Below are positions 31,303-42,744 of a stretch of DNA of 54,892 nt, in pieces. The first letter of the stretch is position 1. Each line of letters opens with the position of its first letter. The stretch lies in IMG/VR virus record IMGVR_UViG_2568526312_000015. One strand, given 5' to 3'. A program made the translations under genes and the position numbers. The notes beneath the pieces were generated by a model, which saw only the letters and a list, made by a program, of their open reading frames with translations, was not told the origin of the DNA and searched no databases. Source of the stretch: a virus (taxonomy: Duplodnaviria; Heunggongvirae; Uroviricota; Caudoviricetes).

Positions 31303-32378
31303 ACGACAATGTCACGCTACGGGTAAATGGCCGGGAGTGGAATGGCTGGACATCGGTGCGCATCGGTGCCGGTATTGAACGGCTGGCGCGGGATTTCAGT
31401 GTGGAGATCACTCGCCAGTGGCCGGGAGATGAGGGTATCACCACGCTTCAGCCGCGCATTAAAAACGGTTCAAAAGTGGAAGTGCTGATTGGTGATGAGC
31501 TGGTGATCACCGGCTGGGTGGAGGCGACTCCCGTTCGTTACGATGCCCGTTCGGTCAGCACCGGTATTGCCGGACGTAGTCTGACGGCTGACCTGATTGA
31601 CTGTGCAGCCGAACCGACACAGTTTAACGGACGCTCGCTGGTGCAGATTGCGCAGGCGCTTGCTGCGCCTTTCGGCATTGAGGTGGTGAACAGCGGTGCG
31701 CCGTCGGGTGTTATTCCTGATGTTCAGCCTGATCACGGTGAAACGGTGATTGAGGTTATCAACAAAATACTCGGTCAGCAGCAGGCGCTGGCTTACGACG
31801 ATCCGCACGGCAGGCTGGTGATTGGCGGTATTGGCTCAACGCGGGCACATACCGCGCTGGTACTTGGGGAAAACATCCTTTCCTGTGATACGGAGAAGAG
31901 TATCCGGGAGCGGTTTTCTGTTTACCAGGTGGCGGGGCAGCGTGCCGGAAACGACGATGATTTCGGTGAGGTCACCACCACCGCGCTGCGGGCCCGCACA
32001 GAGGACGCATTTATTGCCCGTTACCGTCCGATGTATATCAGGCAGACAGGGCAGGCCACGGGGGCAGGCTGTATTGCGCGTGCTGACTTTGAAGCCCGAC
32101 AACGGGCGGCGCGGACGGATGAAACCACCTATGTGGTGCAGGGCTGGCGACAGGGTAACGGTACGCTGTGGCAGCCCAACCAGCGGGTGATTGTCTTCGA
32201 TCCAGTCTGTGGTTTCGACAATACCGAACTGCTTGTCTCGGAAGTCACGTTTACTCAGGACCAGAACGGCACCCTGACGGAAATCCGTGTCGGCCCGCCT
32301 GATGCTTATCTGCCTGAACCCGAAGCCCCCGGCGCGCGGAAAAAGAAAAAAGCCAGAGTACAGGAGGACCCGTTCTGA
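31299..32378 (+). CDS. Mu gpP-like tail / baseplate hub protein
   Basis: 359-aa ORF in Mu-type order after the DNA circulation gene. Confidence 0.65.
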   Translation: MNDNVTLRVNGREWNGWTSVRIGAGIERLARDFSVEITRQWPGDEGITTLQPRIKNGSKVEVLIGDELVITGWVEATPVRYDARSVSTGIAGRSLTADLIDCAAEPTQFNGRSLVQIAQALAAPFGIEVVNSGAPSGVIPDVQPDHGETVIEVINKILGQQQALAYDDPHGRLVIGGIGSTRAHTALVLGENILSCDTEKSIRERFSVYQVAGQRAGNDDDFGEVTTTALRARTEDAFIARYRPMYIRQTGQATGAGCIARADFEARQRAARTDETTYVVQGWRQGNGTLWQPNQRVIVFDPVCGFDNTELLVSEVTFTQDQNGTLTEIRVGPPDAYLPEPEAPGARKKKKARVQEDPF

Positions 32379-32926
32379 TGAGGACGATTGAAGCCATGCA
32401 GCGACAACTTCTCGGCCTGATTGCGCGGGCAGTGGTGAAAAGCATCAGTGCCGCCACGAAATGTCAGACCGTGGATGTGTCCCTGATTGCCGGTGAACCC
32501 AAAGCCGGGGTTGAACATCTTGAACCCTACGGTTTTACCGCAAGGGCAAACAGCGGCGCGGAAGCGGTGGTGTTGTTTCCGGATGGCGACCGTTCTCATG
32601 CGGTGGTTGTTACGGTGTCGGACCGGCGCTACCGCCTGAAAGGGTTGCAGACGGGTGAGGTGGCTGTCTATGACGATCAGGGGCAGTCTGTGACGCTGAC
32701 CCGGGAGGGGATCGTGGTGGACGGTGCAGGTAAAACGATCACGTTTCGCAATTCACCTAAAGCACGTTTTGAAATGGACCTGGAAGTGACAGGACAGGTG
32801 AAAGACCTGTGCGACTCCAGCGGCACTACCATGTCAGCGATGCGGCTTGCCTATAACGGGCATCGTCACAGAGAGAACGGTCAGGGCAGTAACACCGACA
32901 AACCGGATAAAGCGATGGAGGCATGA
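32378..32926 (+). CDS. Baseplate assembly protein V-like (spike)
   Basis: 182-aa ORF; gpV-like position and size. Confidence 0.6.
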   Translation: MRTIEAMQRQLLGLIARAVVKSISAATKCQTVDVSLIAGEPKAGVEHLEPYGFTARANSGAEAVVLFPDGDRSHAVVVTVSDRRYRLKGLQTGEVAVYDDQGQSVTLTREGIVVDGAGKTITFRNSPKARFEMDLEVTGQVKDLCDSSGTTMSAMRLAYNGHRHRENGQGSNTDKPDKAMEA

Positions 32927-33351
32927 TGGAACTGTGGCTGACGGTGAACGGTAAACGCACCTGCGCCAGCGCACCGCTGGATCCGCTGACCCGCGCCGTG
33001 GTGATTTCCCTGTTTACCTGGCGGCGGGCGGAGCCTGATGACAACGCCGACGTCCCGATGGGATGGTGGGGGGATACCTGGCCTGCGGTACAGAATGACC
33101 GTTACGGCTCACGACTGTGGCTGCTTCAGCGCAGCAAACTGACCAATCAGCTGGTGCAGACAGTAAGGGGGTATATCCGCGAATGCCTGCAATGGATGAT
33201 TGATGACGGCGTGGTGTCCCGTATTGATCTGGATATCCGCCGCACCGGGATTAATGAGCTGGGTAACAGTATCACCCTCTGGCGTCGTGACGGACCGGTA
33301 ATGATTTCTTTTGATGATCTGTGGAGTGCGATAACGCATGGCGGACAGTGA
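32923..33351 (+). CDS. GP46-family baseplate protein (Mu gp46-like)
   Basis: 142-aa ORF in Mu-type baseplate order. Confidence 0.55.
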   Translation: MMELWLTVNGKRTCASAPLDPLTRAVVISLFTWRRAEPDDNADVPMGWWGDTWPAVQNDRYGSRLWLLQRSKLTNQLVQTVRGYIRECLQWMIDDGVVSRIDLDIRRTGINELGNSITLWRRDGPVMISFDDLWSAITHGGQ

Positions 33352-34396
33352 ATTTCAGCGCCCGACGCTGGCAGAAAATATCAGTATGCTCCGTAACGAT
33401 TTATTCGCCAGGCTGGACGTCAGCGACACGCTCCGGCGCATGGATGAAGACGTGCGGGCAAAGGTGTATGCGGCGGCGCTGCATACGGTTTACGGTTACA
33501 TCGATTATCTGGCAATGAACATGCTGCCTGACCTGTGCGATGAGTCCTGGCTGGCGCGACATGCTGCGATGAAACGGTGTCCGCGCAAGGGGGCCACGGC
33601 TGCCAGCGGGTATATGCGCTGGGAAGGTGTCAGCGATGGCCTGAAGGTGACCGCCGGGAGCGTGATTCAGCGCGATGACCTGGTTCAGTACACGGCAACT
33701 GCTGATGCAACCAGCTCCGGTGGTGTCCTGCGCGTGCCGATCGCCTGCTCAAGTGCAGGCGCGGTCGGTAACGCTGACGACGGTACGGCATTAATCCTGG
33801 TCACGCCGGTGAATGGTCTGCCGTCTTCCGGTGTTGCAGATACCCTGACTGGCGGATTCGATACTGAAGATCTGGAAACGTGGCGCGCCCGCGTCATTGA
33901 GCGGTATTACTGGACGCCTCAGGGCGGGGCTGACGGGGACTATGTTGTCTGGGCTAAAGAAGTGCCCGGCATTACCCGCGCATGGACATACCGTCACTGG
34001 ATGGGAACGGGAACTGTCGGTGTGATGATTGCCAGCAGTGACCTGATTAATCCCATTCCGGAAGAATCAACGGAAACGGCGGCAAGACAACACATTGAGC
34101 CACTGGCCCCGGTGGCAGGCTCTGATTTGTATGTATTCAGGCCGGTGGCGCATAAAGTGGATTTTCATATCCGCGTGACGCCGGACACACCGGAAATACG
34201 GGCTGCCATTACCGCGGAGTTGCGTTCGTTCCTGCTGCGTGATGGTTATCCGCAGGGAGAACTCAAGGTATCGCGTATCAGTGAGGCGATTTCCGGTGCG
34301 AACGGGGAATACAGCCATCAGTTGCTTGCACCGGTGGACAATATCTCCATTGCGAAAAACGAACTGGCGGTACTGGGGACGATTTCATGGACGTGA
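33338..34396 (+). CDS. Baseplate J-like protein (Mu gp47-like)
   Basis: 352-aa ORF in Mu-type baseplate order. Confidence 0.7.
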   Translation: MADSEFQRPTLAENISMLRNDLFARLDVSDTLRRMDEDVRAKVYAAALHTVYGYIDYLAMNMLPDLCDESWLARHAAMKRCPRKGATAASGYMRWEGVSDGLKVTAGSVIQRDDLVQYTATADATSSGGVLRVPIACSSAGAVGNADDGTALILVTPVNGLPSSGVADTLTGGFDTEDLETWRARVIERYYWTPQGGADGDYVVWAKEVPGITRAWTYRHWMGTGTVGVMIASSDLINPIPEESTETAARQHIEPLAPVAGSDLYVFRPVAHKVDFHIRVTPDTPEIRAAITAELRSFLLRDGYPQGELKVSRISEAISGANGEYSHQLLAPVDNISIAKNELAVLGTISWT

Positions 34397-34971
34397 CAAA
34401 CGATGATTACATCCGCCTGTTATCGGCACTGTTGCCGCCCGGTCCGGCGTGGTCAGCCAGCGATCCGGCGATTGCCGGTGCGGCACCGTCATTAACCCGT
34501 GTTCATCAGCGTGCGGATGCCCTGATGCGGGAGCTGGATCCTCGCACCACCACTGAACTGATAAACCGCTGGGAGCGTCTGTGCGGTCTGCCGGATGAAT
34601 GTATTCCGGCGGGAACGCAGACCCTTCGCCAGCGGCAGCAACGGCTGGATGCGAAGGTTAACCTGGCGGGCGGCATCAACGAGGATTTTTATCTTGCACA
34701 GCTTGCTGCCCTGGGCAGACCAGATGCCACCATCACGCGATACGACAAAAGCACTTTCACCTGCTCATCGGCCTGTACTGACGCGGTGAATGCGCCGGAA
34801 TGGCGGTATTACTGGCAGGTCAACATGCCAGCCACCACCAACTCCACCTGGATGACATGTGGCGATCCCTGTGATTCCGCACTGCGTATCTGGGGTGACA
34901 CCGTTGTCGAGTGTGTGCTTAACAAACTCTGCCCGTCGCAAACCTACGTAATTTTTAAATATCCGGAGTAA
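34387..34971 (+). CDS. Tail protein, DUF2313 / YmfQ-like (Mu gp48-like)
   Basis: 194-aa ORF immediately before the tail fibre gene, as in e14 and Mu. Confidence 0.6.
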   Translation: MDVTNDDYIRLLSALLPPGPAWSASDPAIAGAAPSLTRVHQRADALMRELDPRTTTELINRWERLCGLPDECIPAGTQTLRQRQQRLDAKVNLAGGINEDFYLAQLAALGRPDATITRYDKSTFTCSSACTDAVNAPEWRYYWQVNMPATTNSTWMTCGDPCDSALRIWGDTVVECVLNKLCPSQTYVIFKYPE

Positions 34972-34974
34972 TCC

Positions 34975-35745
34975 ATGCATCGTATAGACACGAAAACCGC
35001 GCAGAAGGATAAGTTCGGCGCGGGTAAGAACGGTTTTACCCGTGGTAACCCCCAGACCGGCACGCCTGCCACCGATCTGGATGATGACTACTTTGACATG
35101 TTGCAGGAGGAACTTTGCAGCGTGGTGGAGGCATCCGGTGCCAGCCTGGAGAAGGGGCGGCACGACCAGTTACTTACCGCACTTCGCGCGCTGCTGTTAA
35201 GCCGCAAGAATCCGTTTGGCGATATCAAATCGGATGGCACTGTGCAAACGGCTCTCGAAAACCTTGGTTTGGGAGAAGGCTCTGCATTACCTGTTGGTGT
35301 GCCTGTTCCATGGCCTTCAGCCACACCGCCAACAGGCTGGCTGAAATGCAACGGTGCGGCTTTTTCTGCTGAAGAATACCCGGAACTGGCAAAGGCTTAT
35401 CCGACAAATAAATTGCCTGATTTACGTGGTGAGTTTATTCGTGGCTGGGATGACGGGCGCGGTATTGATGCAGGACGTGTTTTATTGAGCATTCAGACAG
35501 GGATGCTGGAAAAACACCGCCATATTGTTGTTGCCAATGATGGTTACGACACAAAAGATGAATGGGAACTGGCTACGATTTTCAAAAAGACATACACACA
35601 AGGACGGGGACTTGATGCCACAAATACAGGAGGGAGTCTGATCCCATCACCGACACTTCATTCACGAGGGAGTATCGGTAATACTGGCGGGAGTGAAACC
35701 CGTCCACGAAATATTGCATTTAACTATATCGTGAGGGCTGCATAA
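34975..35745 (+). CDS. Tail fibre protein (constant N-terminus plus currently expressed variable C-terminus)
   Basis: 256-aa ORF; crossover site at 35254..35277 lies inside the gene; glycine-rich fibre-like C-terminus. Confidence 0.75.
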   Translation: MHRIDTKTAQKDKFGAGKNGFTRGNPQTGTPATDLDDDYFDMLQEELCSVVEASGASLEKGRHDQLLTALRALLLSRKNPFGDIKSDGTVQTALENLGLGEGSALPVGVPVPWPSATPPTGWLKCNGAAFSAEEYPELAKAYPTNKLPDLRGEFIRGWDDGRGIDAGRVLLSIQTGMLEKHRHIVVANDGYDTKDEWELATIFKKTYTQGRGLDATNTGGSLIPSPTLHSRGSIGNTGGSETRPRNIAFNYIVRAA

Positions 35746-36347
35746 TGGATAACGCCGTATTAAATAGCGAGCTTATTGCCACGAAGGCGGGGAATATTAC
35801 CGTCTATAACTATGATGGTAAAACTCGGGAATATATTTCTACTTCAAATGAATATCTTGCCATTGGTGTCGGTATCCCTGCATATTCCTGTCTGGATGAA
35901 CCTGGTATACATAAGGCGGGTTATGCTATCTGCCGTTCGATGGATTTAAACTCATGGGAATATGTGCCAGACCATCGCGGTGAAATCGTCTATAACACCG
36001 AAACGGGAGACGCCAAAGAAATCACAGCTCCGGGTGATTATCCTGAAAATACAACCACTATCGCCCCGTTAACGCCATTCGATAAATGGGATGGTGAAAA
36101 ATGGGTGACAGATACTGAGGCACAACACGGTGCCGCAGTAGAAGCGGCAGAAGCACAGCGCCAGTCACTGATTGATGCAGCAATGGCTTCCATCAGTCTG
36201 ATTCAACTGAAATTGCAGGCCGGACGTAAACCGACGCAGGCAGAAACAACCAGACTTAACGCTGTGCTGGATTACATTGACGCGGTGACGGCAACAGATA
36301 CCAGCACCGCGCCGGATGTCATCTGGCCTGAACTGCCGGAGGCGTAG
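35745..36347 (+). CDS. Tail fibre assembly protein (Tfa, expressed orientation)
   Basis: 200-aa ORF immediately after the fibre gene; conserved Tfa C-terminal motif (DTSTAPDVIWPELP). Confidence 0.75.
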   Translation: MDNAVLNSELIATKAGNITVYNYDGKTREYISTSNEYLAIGVGIPAYSCLDEPGIHKAGYAICRSMDLNSWEYVPDHRGEIVYNTETGDAKEITAPGDYPENTTTIAPLTPFDKWDGEKWVTDTEAQHGAAVEAAEAQRQSLIDAAMASISLIQLKLQAGRKPTQAETTRLNAVLDYIDAVTATDTSTAPDVIWPELPEA

Positions 36348-36771
36348 GCCATTCAATATCTGGCGCACTGGAGGTATCAACCAGCTCCAGTGCATCCAGA
36401 TAATCCAGCCACAAATTATATTGCGCCAGTTCCTCACCTTTCAGACGACCAATAGCGGCTTTACCGGGCCATTGTTTACTGTTCATGTATTCGTTGGCCT
36501 GGTTAATTAGTAGCTGTCTTTCTGATTCAGTAATTTCAATAAGTTCTTCATGCGTGGGTGGAGGAATATCTGCCCACGCAGGCAGCCCATCATCTCCGGC
36601 AATACGGATTTTTCCTTGTGGCGGTTCAGCCATAAACTCACTGATAATATTTTGATTTACTTCCTTAGCGTCTGATAAATCCCATCCCTCTGATTTATAT
36701 TTATCAATCATATCCACAGGGAAAAAAGCATTATGCCTTGCGCTATAAACATATTCATTCATATAAATCAC
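36319..36771 (-). CDS. Alternative tail fibre assembly protein (Tfa', silent orientation)
   Basis: 150-aa ORF on the opposite strand inside the invertible segment; C-terminal motif DTSSAPDIEWPTPP mirrors the other Tfa. Confidence 0.7.
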   Translation of the reverse strand: MIYMNEYVYSARHNAFFPVDMIDKYKSEGWDLSDAKEVNQNIISEFMAEPPQGKIRIAGDDGLPAWADIPPPTHEELIEITESERQLLINQANEYMNSKQWPGKAAIGRLKGEELAQYNLWLDYLDALELVDTSSAPDIEWPTPPAVQAR

Positions 36772-36782
36772 CCTGAATAAAA

Positions 36783-37196
36783 TTACTCACCAACAGCCCA
36801 CCAACTGTAATTCATCGATACCGTGTCGCTGGTTGATGACGTTCTGTAAGCAGAATTAAAGCCGGTTAACGTTGGGCCTTCTGCAGTCATCACGAACCCT
36901 CGCCCAGCGCCTAAAGGCGCACCGCCATCACCAGAATGAGTAAGCATGGCGCAGTCCGCTTTTTTGGAGAAAGGGATGCTGAATGTAATTCTCATTGTTT
37001 GCGTCGATAATGTCGGCGTAACCGCACCACGACCATATTGCAGGATTTTCCCGTTGGGTAATTTCATCCATCCATCACCACTGGCAAAAGAGGCCATGTC
37101 CGGTATCTGATTTTCCCCTGTCCCCACATCCCGTTTTGCCGCTTCTCCCAAACCAACGTTTAAGAAAATGCAGAGATTATGGCTAACTGGCATCAT
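36783..37196 (-). CDS. Alternative tail fibre C-terminal segment (promoterless; fused to the constant part on inversion)
   Basis: Opposite-strand ORF whose 5' end coincides with the right crossover site; shares the GLGE junction with the expressed fibre. Confidence 0.65.
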   Translation of the reverse strand: MMPVSHNLCIFLNVGLGEAAKRDVGTGENQIPDMASFASGDGWMKLPNGKILQYGRGAVTPTLSTQTMRITFSIPFSKKADCAMLTHSGDGGAPLGAGRGFVMTAEGPTLTGFNSAYRTSSTSDTVSMNYSWWAVGE

Positions 37197-37223
37197 CCCC
37201 GGTTTTTACTCAGGGGAATGCTC

Positions 37224-37778
37224 ATGCTTATTGGCTATGTCCGCGTATCAACAAATAACCAGAATACGGAATTACAGCGTAATGCGCTGGAGTGTGCAGG
37301 ATGTGAGCTGATTTTTGAAGACAAGATAAGCGGTACAAAGTCCGACAGACCAGGACTGAAAAAGCTGCTCAGGACATTATCGGCAGGTGACACGCTGGTG
37401 GTCTGGAAACTGGACCGACTGGGGCGCAGTATGCGGCATCTTGTCGTGCTGGTGGAGGAGTTGCGCGAACGAGGCATCAACTTTCGTAGTCTGACGGATT
37501 CAATTGATACCAGTACCCCAATGGGGCGCTTTTTCTTTCATGTGATGGGTGCCCTGGCTGAAATGGAGCGTGAACTGATTGTTGAACGAACAAAAGCTGG
37601 ACTGGAAGCAGCTCGCGCACAGGGACGAATTGGTGGACGTCGTCCCAAACTTACACCAGAACAATGGGCGCAGGCCGGGCGATTAATTGCATCAGGCGTT
37701 CCTCGCCAAAAGGTGGCGATCATCTATGATGTTGGTATATCGACACTGTATAAGAAGTTTCCGGTCGGAGATAAATGA
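37224..37778 (+). CDS. pin: Serine DNA invertase (Pin/Gin/Hin family)
   Basis: MLIGYVRVSTNNQ... with catalytic Ser region and C-terminal HTH; recalled as closely similar to Gin/Pin; adjacent to the invertible segment. Confidence 0.9.
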   Translation: MLIGYVRVSTNNQNTELQRNALECAGCELIFEDKISGTKSDRPGLKKLLRTLSAGDTLVVWKLDRLGRSMRHLVVLVEELRERGINFRSLTDSIDTSTPMGRFFFHVMGALAEMERELIVERTKAGLEAARAQGRIGGRRPKLTPEQWAQAGRLIASGVPRQKVAIIYDVGISTLYKKFPVGDK

Positions 37779-37838
37779 AACCGTAGCACGTCGTATGCAA
37801 GAAGATCGTGCTGCGGTTTATGCTTATCACTTAAAGAC

Positions 37839-38708
<870 letters not shown>

Positions 38709-39427
38709 CTAAGTCTTTGAATTTACATAGTACAAAAAAGATACTTTTCCTCATAATGTGAATTAATTTTATGTTTCGTTTGATGATTGGACCGGTCTCG
38801 AAAACCGGAGTAGGGGCAACTCTACCGGGGGGGCAAATCCCCCTCTCTCCGCCACTTTATCAATGACTTATCTCCCGACTTCCCGCCTTGCTTTTCCTAA
38901 ACAGAACAATCGTAGAATATTCTTGAAGGGTTAGATCGTCACTGTTTTCTGTTCGATACTGTGACATTCAGCACTTGATTCGCTATGGATCTGACAGGAA
39001 GGTTTCGAGCGAAAATCTGCAGTTATTCAGTCGTTTTCTTATCGGTCACCATTATTCTTTTAGACATTGATCCTACAAAGCTGCCGCAAAGTTGGTGGTG
39101 GGAACTGAAGTTGCGTAGAGAAGGGGTCAATACCCGGAGGCAAACATGGGCTGGCAAAAGTGTAGCGGTATTAGGCGCAGCTATTTAGCCTAGTTATGTT
39201 TTATGAAAACTTGATATCATATAAGTGTCTTACTTATTGGCTGTAAATAAGTTTTTCCTAAGGAATTGTTTCTTGAGTATCATTTGTAACTGTAACGGAA
39301 TTTATAATCCTTTGCTTTATTGTTACGGTATTTTTTATCACACCCTATTTTTAGTGGTTTTTTATACTGAAGTTTGGCAAAGTGAACTTTATATACATAT
39401 ACTTCATCCTGGTTTCAGTTAAATTGG

Positions 39428-40180
39428 GTGGATGATATGGCAACTACATGTTCAGTTATATTGATTTTGGAGTCCTTTGATGTTTATTTCGGAAAAGAGA
39501 GTGTGTTTCTGGAGAGAGGTTCATCTGTACTTGTCGACTCTAGCTCTAGAGATTTTTTCCTGACATATCCTGAAAGAGTGATAGTGGCGGATTTTGGCGC
39601 TGAGTTTATTAGTCGCTATTTGAAAGCTAATAACTTAAGGGATATTTCTGATTGTAGGGAATATCCATCTTATTTAAAAATAAACTTTGCTGACTTCAGT
39701 TTAATTAAAGGATTAATTAGTTGGGCTAATCACTGTGCTGAATACATAGAAATTTTTGATGAGTCTATTGCTTTTACATGTCTCTCTGCATTTTCTTCTG
39801 AAAAACAATTTGGAGTATTTCTGTTTGGATGTTTGAAAAGCACAGGGGCTAAAGTTAAAACGATTATTCATACGGATTTATCTGCACCATGGCGTCTTAA
39901 GGATATATCATCAAGATTATATCTCAGCGAAAGTTTACTAAAGAGGAAATTGAAAGAAGAGGGGGTATCATTCAGTAAGATCATACTTGATGAGAGGATG
40001 CAAATGGCTGAATATTTACTCAGCACTCGTTGTTATCCTATTAGTAAAGTAGCTAAGGTCTGTGGTTATGCCAGTGTCTCATACTTTACTTATGTATTTA
40101 GACGTTATTTTGGTGTTTCTCCAAGTCAATACTCTCAGAGGAGTTCAGAAAGTAAAATTCTTACTCACCAGGGAATCTGA
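39428..40180 (+). CDS. AraC-family transcriptional regulator (cargo gene)
   Basis: 250-aa ORF; C-terminal double HTH region (ISKVAKVCGYASVSYFTYVFRRYFGVSPSQY); low-GC gene. Confidence 0.7.
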   Translation: MDDMATTCSVILILESFDVYFGKESVFLERGSSVLVDSSSRDFFLTYPERVIVADFGAEFISRYLKANNLRDISDCREYPSYLKINFADFSLIKGLISWANHCAEYIEIFDESIAFTCLSAFSSEKQFGVFLFGCLKSTGAKVKTIIHTDLSAPWRLKDISSRLYLSESLLKRKLKEEGVSFSKIILDERMQMAEYLLSTRCYPISKVAKVCGYASVSYFTYVFRRYFGVSPSQYSQRSSESKILTHQGI

Positions 40181-40221
40181 TCATTGTTCTTGCCCCCTTA
40201 TTTCCAGACAGGGGGTGTATC

Positions 40222-40587
40222 TTAAGTTAACGTTACCCGCTGACGTCGATATTCTCGCGGAGAGCGATAACCCAACGCACTGTGCGGATGGTTTTCATTG
40301 TAATGTTCGATCGCCACTGCAAGATTATGCAATGCCGTTCTTACATTCGGTTTCGGCATGAACGCGATATAGTCTTCCTTCATCGTTTTCACGAACCTTT
40401 CTGCAATTCCATTACTCTGAGGACTGCTGATTGCCGTTGTGCAGGGCTCCAGATTCAACTCTCTGGCGAACTGCCGTGTTTCATGCGCTCTATACGCTGA
40501 ACCGTTATCTGTCAGCCACTGGATGGACTGTTCCGGTACTTTATCGCCAAAGCGTTTTTCTATCGCTCCTAACATGACATCCTGCAC
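40222..40587 (-). pseudogene. Remnant of an IS3-family (IS2-like) transposase orfB, C-terminal part only
   Basis: 121-aa fragment with the DDE-domain C-terminal pattern (WLTDNGS.YRA...[11 protein letters not shown]...[19 protein letters not shown]); no 5' portion or intact IS ends. Confidence 0.7.
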
Positions 40588-40934
40588 TGTCGCTTTATCG
40601 TAACCTCCCGTGCTTGCGGCCCAGTCTATGGCTTCACGATCGCAACAGTCCAGGGCGATTCATCTGGGCCAATCCTCGCTCATAACAGGCATTCACTTCA
40701 GTCATGGCAGAAAGGTATGCATGCTGGAGAAGTCGTGAAAGAAAAGAAGACTGCTGCGCCGTTTGTCGTCACGTTTATCTTCATTGGCTATGCAAGTCGT
40801 AATACAAGGTGGGACAAAACTGAGACACATAAGGCCTCGCAATGGCTTGCAAGGCTTTACATGTTTTGATGTGGTGGGACGTGTGAGCGCAGTGTTGATG
40901 GGGTAATGCTTTGAATTAGAAGCGGATTCTTATA

Positions 40935-40980
40935 ATTCGTAATGCGAAGGTCGTAGGTTCGACTCCTATTATCGGCACCA
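40935..40980. repeat. attR of the prophage: exact 46-bp copy of the thrW 3' end (also marks the proximal end of the P4-like island)
   Basis: Identical to 1399..1444; lacks the 5' half of the tRNA. Confidence 0.85.
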
Positions 40981-41142
40981 TCTCAACTTCCTCAAACGTC
41001 CGTATTAGTCCATAAAATCTCTGATTTATAACATTTTTTATTCTTTTAAGTCCATAGTAGTCCGTAACCATCCAGTAGAATCCGGTACTGAATGTGTATA
41101 GGATTGTGTATATGTTCCTGTTCGGTCTGGATTCCTATACAC

Positions 41143-42324
41143 ATGCCTTTAAACGATATGCAGATTCGCCGCGCTAAGCCTGAAGCTAAAGCCTATACAT
41201 TTGGAGATGGGCTAGGGTTGTCATTACTTATAGAACCTAATGGAAGCAAGAGTTGGCGGTTCCGCTATCGCTATGCCGGCAAACCCAAAATGATCTCGCT
41301 TGGTGTTTACCCAACGATCACCCTTGCCGATGCTCGTTCCCGTCGTGATGAAGCTCGAAAACTTGTGGCAGAAGGAAAGAACCCTAGTGAGGTTCGAAAA
41401 GAGCAAAAGCTAGCTATGCAAACAGAGTCAGAGAACGCCTTCGAAAAGATAGCCAGAGAGTGGCATCAACTTAAATCTGCTAAATGGTCGGCGGGATATG
41501 CATCAGACATCATGGAAGCGTTTAAGAACGACATTTTTCCTTATGTCGGAACAAGGCCTGTGGGAGAGATTAAACCGCTAGAGCTGCTGAACGTTCTGCG
41601 TAAAATTGAGAAACGTGGTGCGTTGGAGAAAATGCGCAAAGTGCGGCAGCGTTGCTCCGAAGTGTTTCGCTACGCAATTGCAACGGGTAGGGCGGAGTAC
41701 AATCCTGCGGCTGATCTCTCCAGCGCTCTCGAAGTACACCAATCCAATCATTTCCCATTCCTAAAAGCTGATGAGATACCTGATTTTCTACGTGCCTTAG
41801 AGGGTTACTCCGGGAGTAAGCTTGTCCAGATAGCCACGAAATTACTGATGATTACGGGTGTGAGAACCATCGAATTACGCGCGGCATTATGGCAAGAATT
41901 TGATCTGGATAACGCTATTTGGGAAATTCCTGCTGAAAGGATGAAAATGCGTAGGCCACATCTTGTGCCCTTATCATCTCAAGCGGTAGATTTACTCAAT
42001 GAACTCAAGATCATGACAGGGAACTATCGTTATGTTTTTCCAGGGCGGAACGATCCGAATAGGCCAATGAGCGAAGCGAGTATAAATCAAGCCATTAAGC
42101 GTATTGGGTATGGAGGAAAAGTCACTGGACATGGTTTTCGTCATACCCTTTCTACAATCCTGCATGAGCAAGGTTTTGAGAGTGCTTGGATTGAAATCCA
42201 GTTGGCTCATGTAGATAAAAATTCTATTAGGGGGACTTATAACCATGCTCAATATTTTAGTGGAAGGAAGTCTATGATGGACTGGTACAGTAATTTGATA
42301 TTTGAAAGACTAAAAAGGAGTTAA
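41143..42324 (+). CDS. P4-type tyrosine integrase
   Basis: N-terminal LNDMQIRRAKPEAKAYTFGDGLGLSLLIEPNGSKSWRFRYRYAGK pattern typical of P4-family integrases; C-terminal catalytic region with HGFRHT. Confidence 0.88.
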   Translation: MPLNDMQIRRAKPEAKAYTFGDGLGLSLLIEPNGSKSWRFRYRYAGKPKMISLGVYPTITLADARSRRDEARKLVAEGKNPSEVRKEQKLAMQTESENAFEKIAREWHQLKSAKWSAGYASDIMEAFKNDIFPYVGTRPVGEIKPLELLNVLRKIEKRGALEKMRKVRQRCSEVFRYAIATGRAEYNPAADLSSALEVHQSNHFPFLKADEIPDFLRALEGYSGSKLVQIATKLLMITGVRTIELRAALWQEFDLDNAIWEIPAERMKMRRPHLVPLSSQAVDLLNELKIMTGNYRYVFPGRNDPNRPMSEASINQAIKRIGYGGKVTGHGFRHTLSTILHEQGFESAWIEIQLAHVDKNSIRGTYNHAQYFSGRKSMMDWYSNLIFERLKRS

Positions 42325-42327
42325 TTT

Positions 42328-42744
42328 GTGTCTCAACCACTTTCGGAAATATTGACATGGGATGATGAACAATGGGAGGTATTTGTCCATGATTGGCTTA
42401 TTGTCTGTAAATCAGATGATTACCCGTGGAGCGAACGTTTGGGAGGAGCTGGAGATAAAGGTAGAGACGTTGTTGGATATAAATCGGATCCTAACGTAGA
42501 AGGTTATTCTTGGGATAATTATCAATGCAAACTGTACAAAAAAAGTTTAGGGTTCTCTGATGTTGTAGTTGAGTTTGGAAAACTTATCTATTTTACTCTG
42601 AATGGTGATTATCCCATCCCTCAGAAGTACTTTTTTGTGGCACCCTATGATTTATCTACTACATTTTCTAATTTATTGAAAAATAAAAACGAGCTTAAAA
42701 AAGCAGTCCTTGATTCATGGGATTCAGCAATTTCAAAAAAATAA
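42328..42744 (+). CDS. Mrr-type PD-(D/E)xK nuclease-domain protein (N-terminal part of the candidate effector)
   Basis: GTG start 4 nt after the int stop with an AAAGGAG RBS; motifs GGAGDKGRDVVGY and YQCKLYKK fit the Mrr-catalytic-type GDxGxD...QxK pattern; ends in an A7 run. Confidence 0.6.
   Translation: MSQPLSEILTWDDEQWEVFVHDWLIVCKSDDYPWSERLGGAGDKGRDVVGYKSDPNVEGYSWDNYQCKLYKKSLGFSDVVVEFGKLIYFTLNGDYPIPQKYFFVAPYDLSTTFSNLLKNKNELKKAVLDSWDSAISKK

Larger units (their letters stand above)
35254..37166. repeat. Invertible tail-fibre segment (~1.9 kb) bounded by inverted crossover sites
   Basis: Inverted repeats CTCGAAAACCTTGGTTTGGGAGAA (35254..35277) and TTCTCCCAAACCAACGTTTAAGAA (37143..37166); invertase gene adjacent. 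Confidence 0.8.

Noticed and set aside
40935-40980. A second tRNA-Thr gene
   Set aside because: Only the 3' 46 nt are present and the upstream sequence does not form the acceptor or D arms; this is an att repeat.
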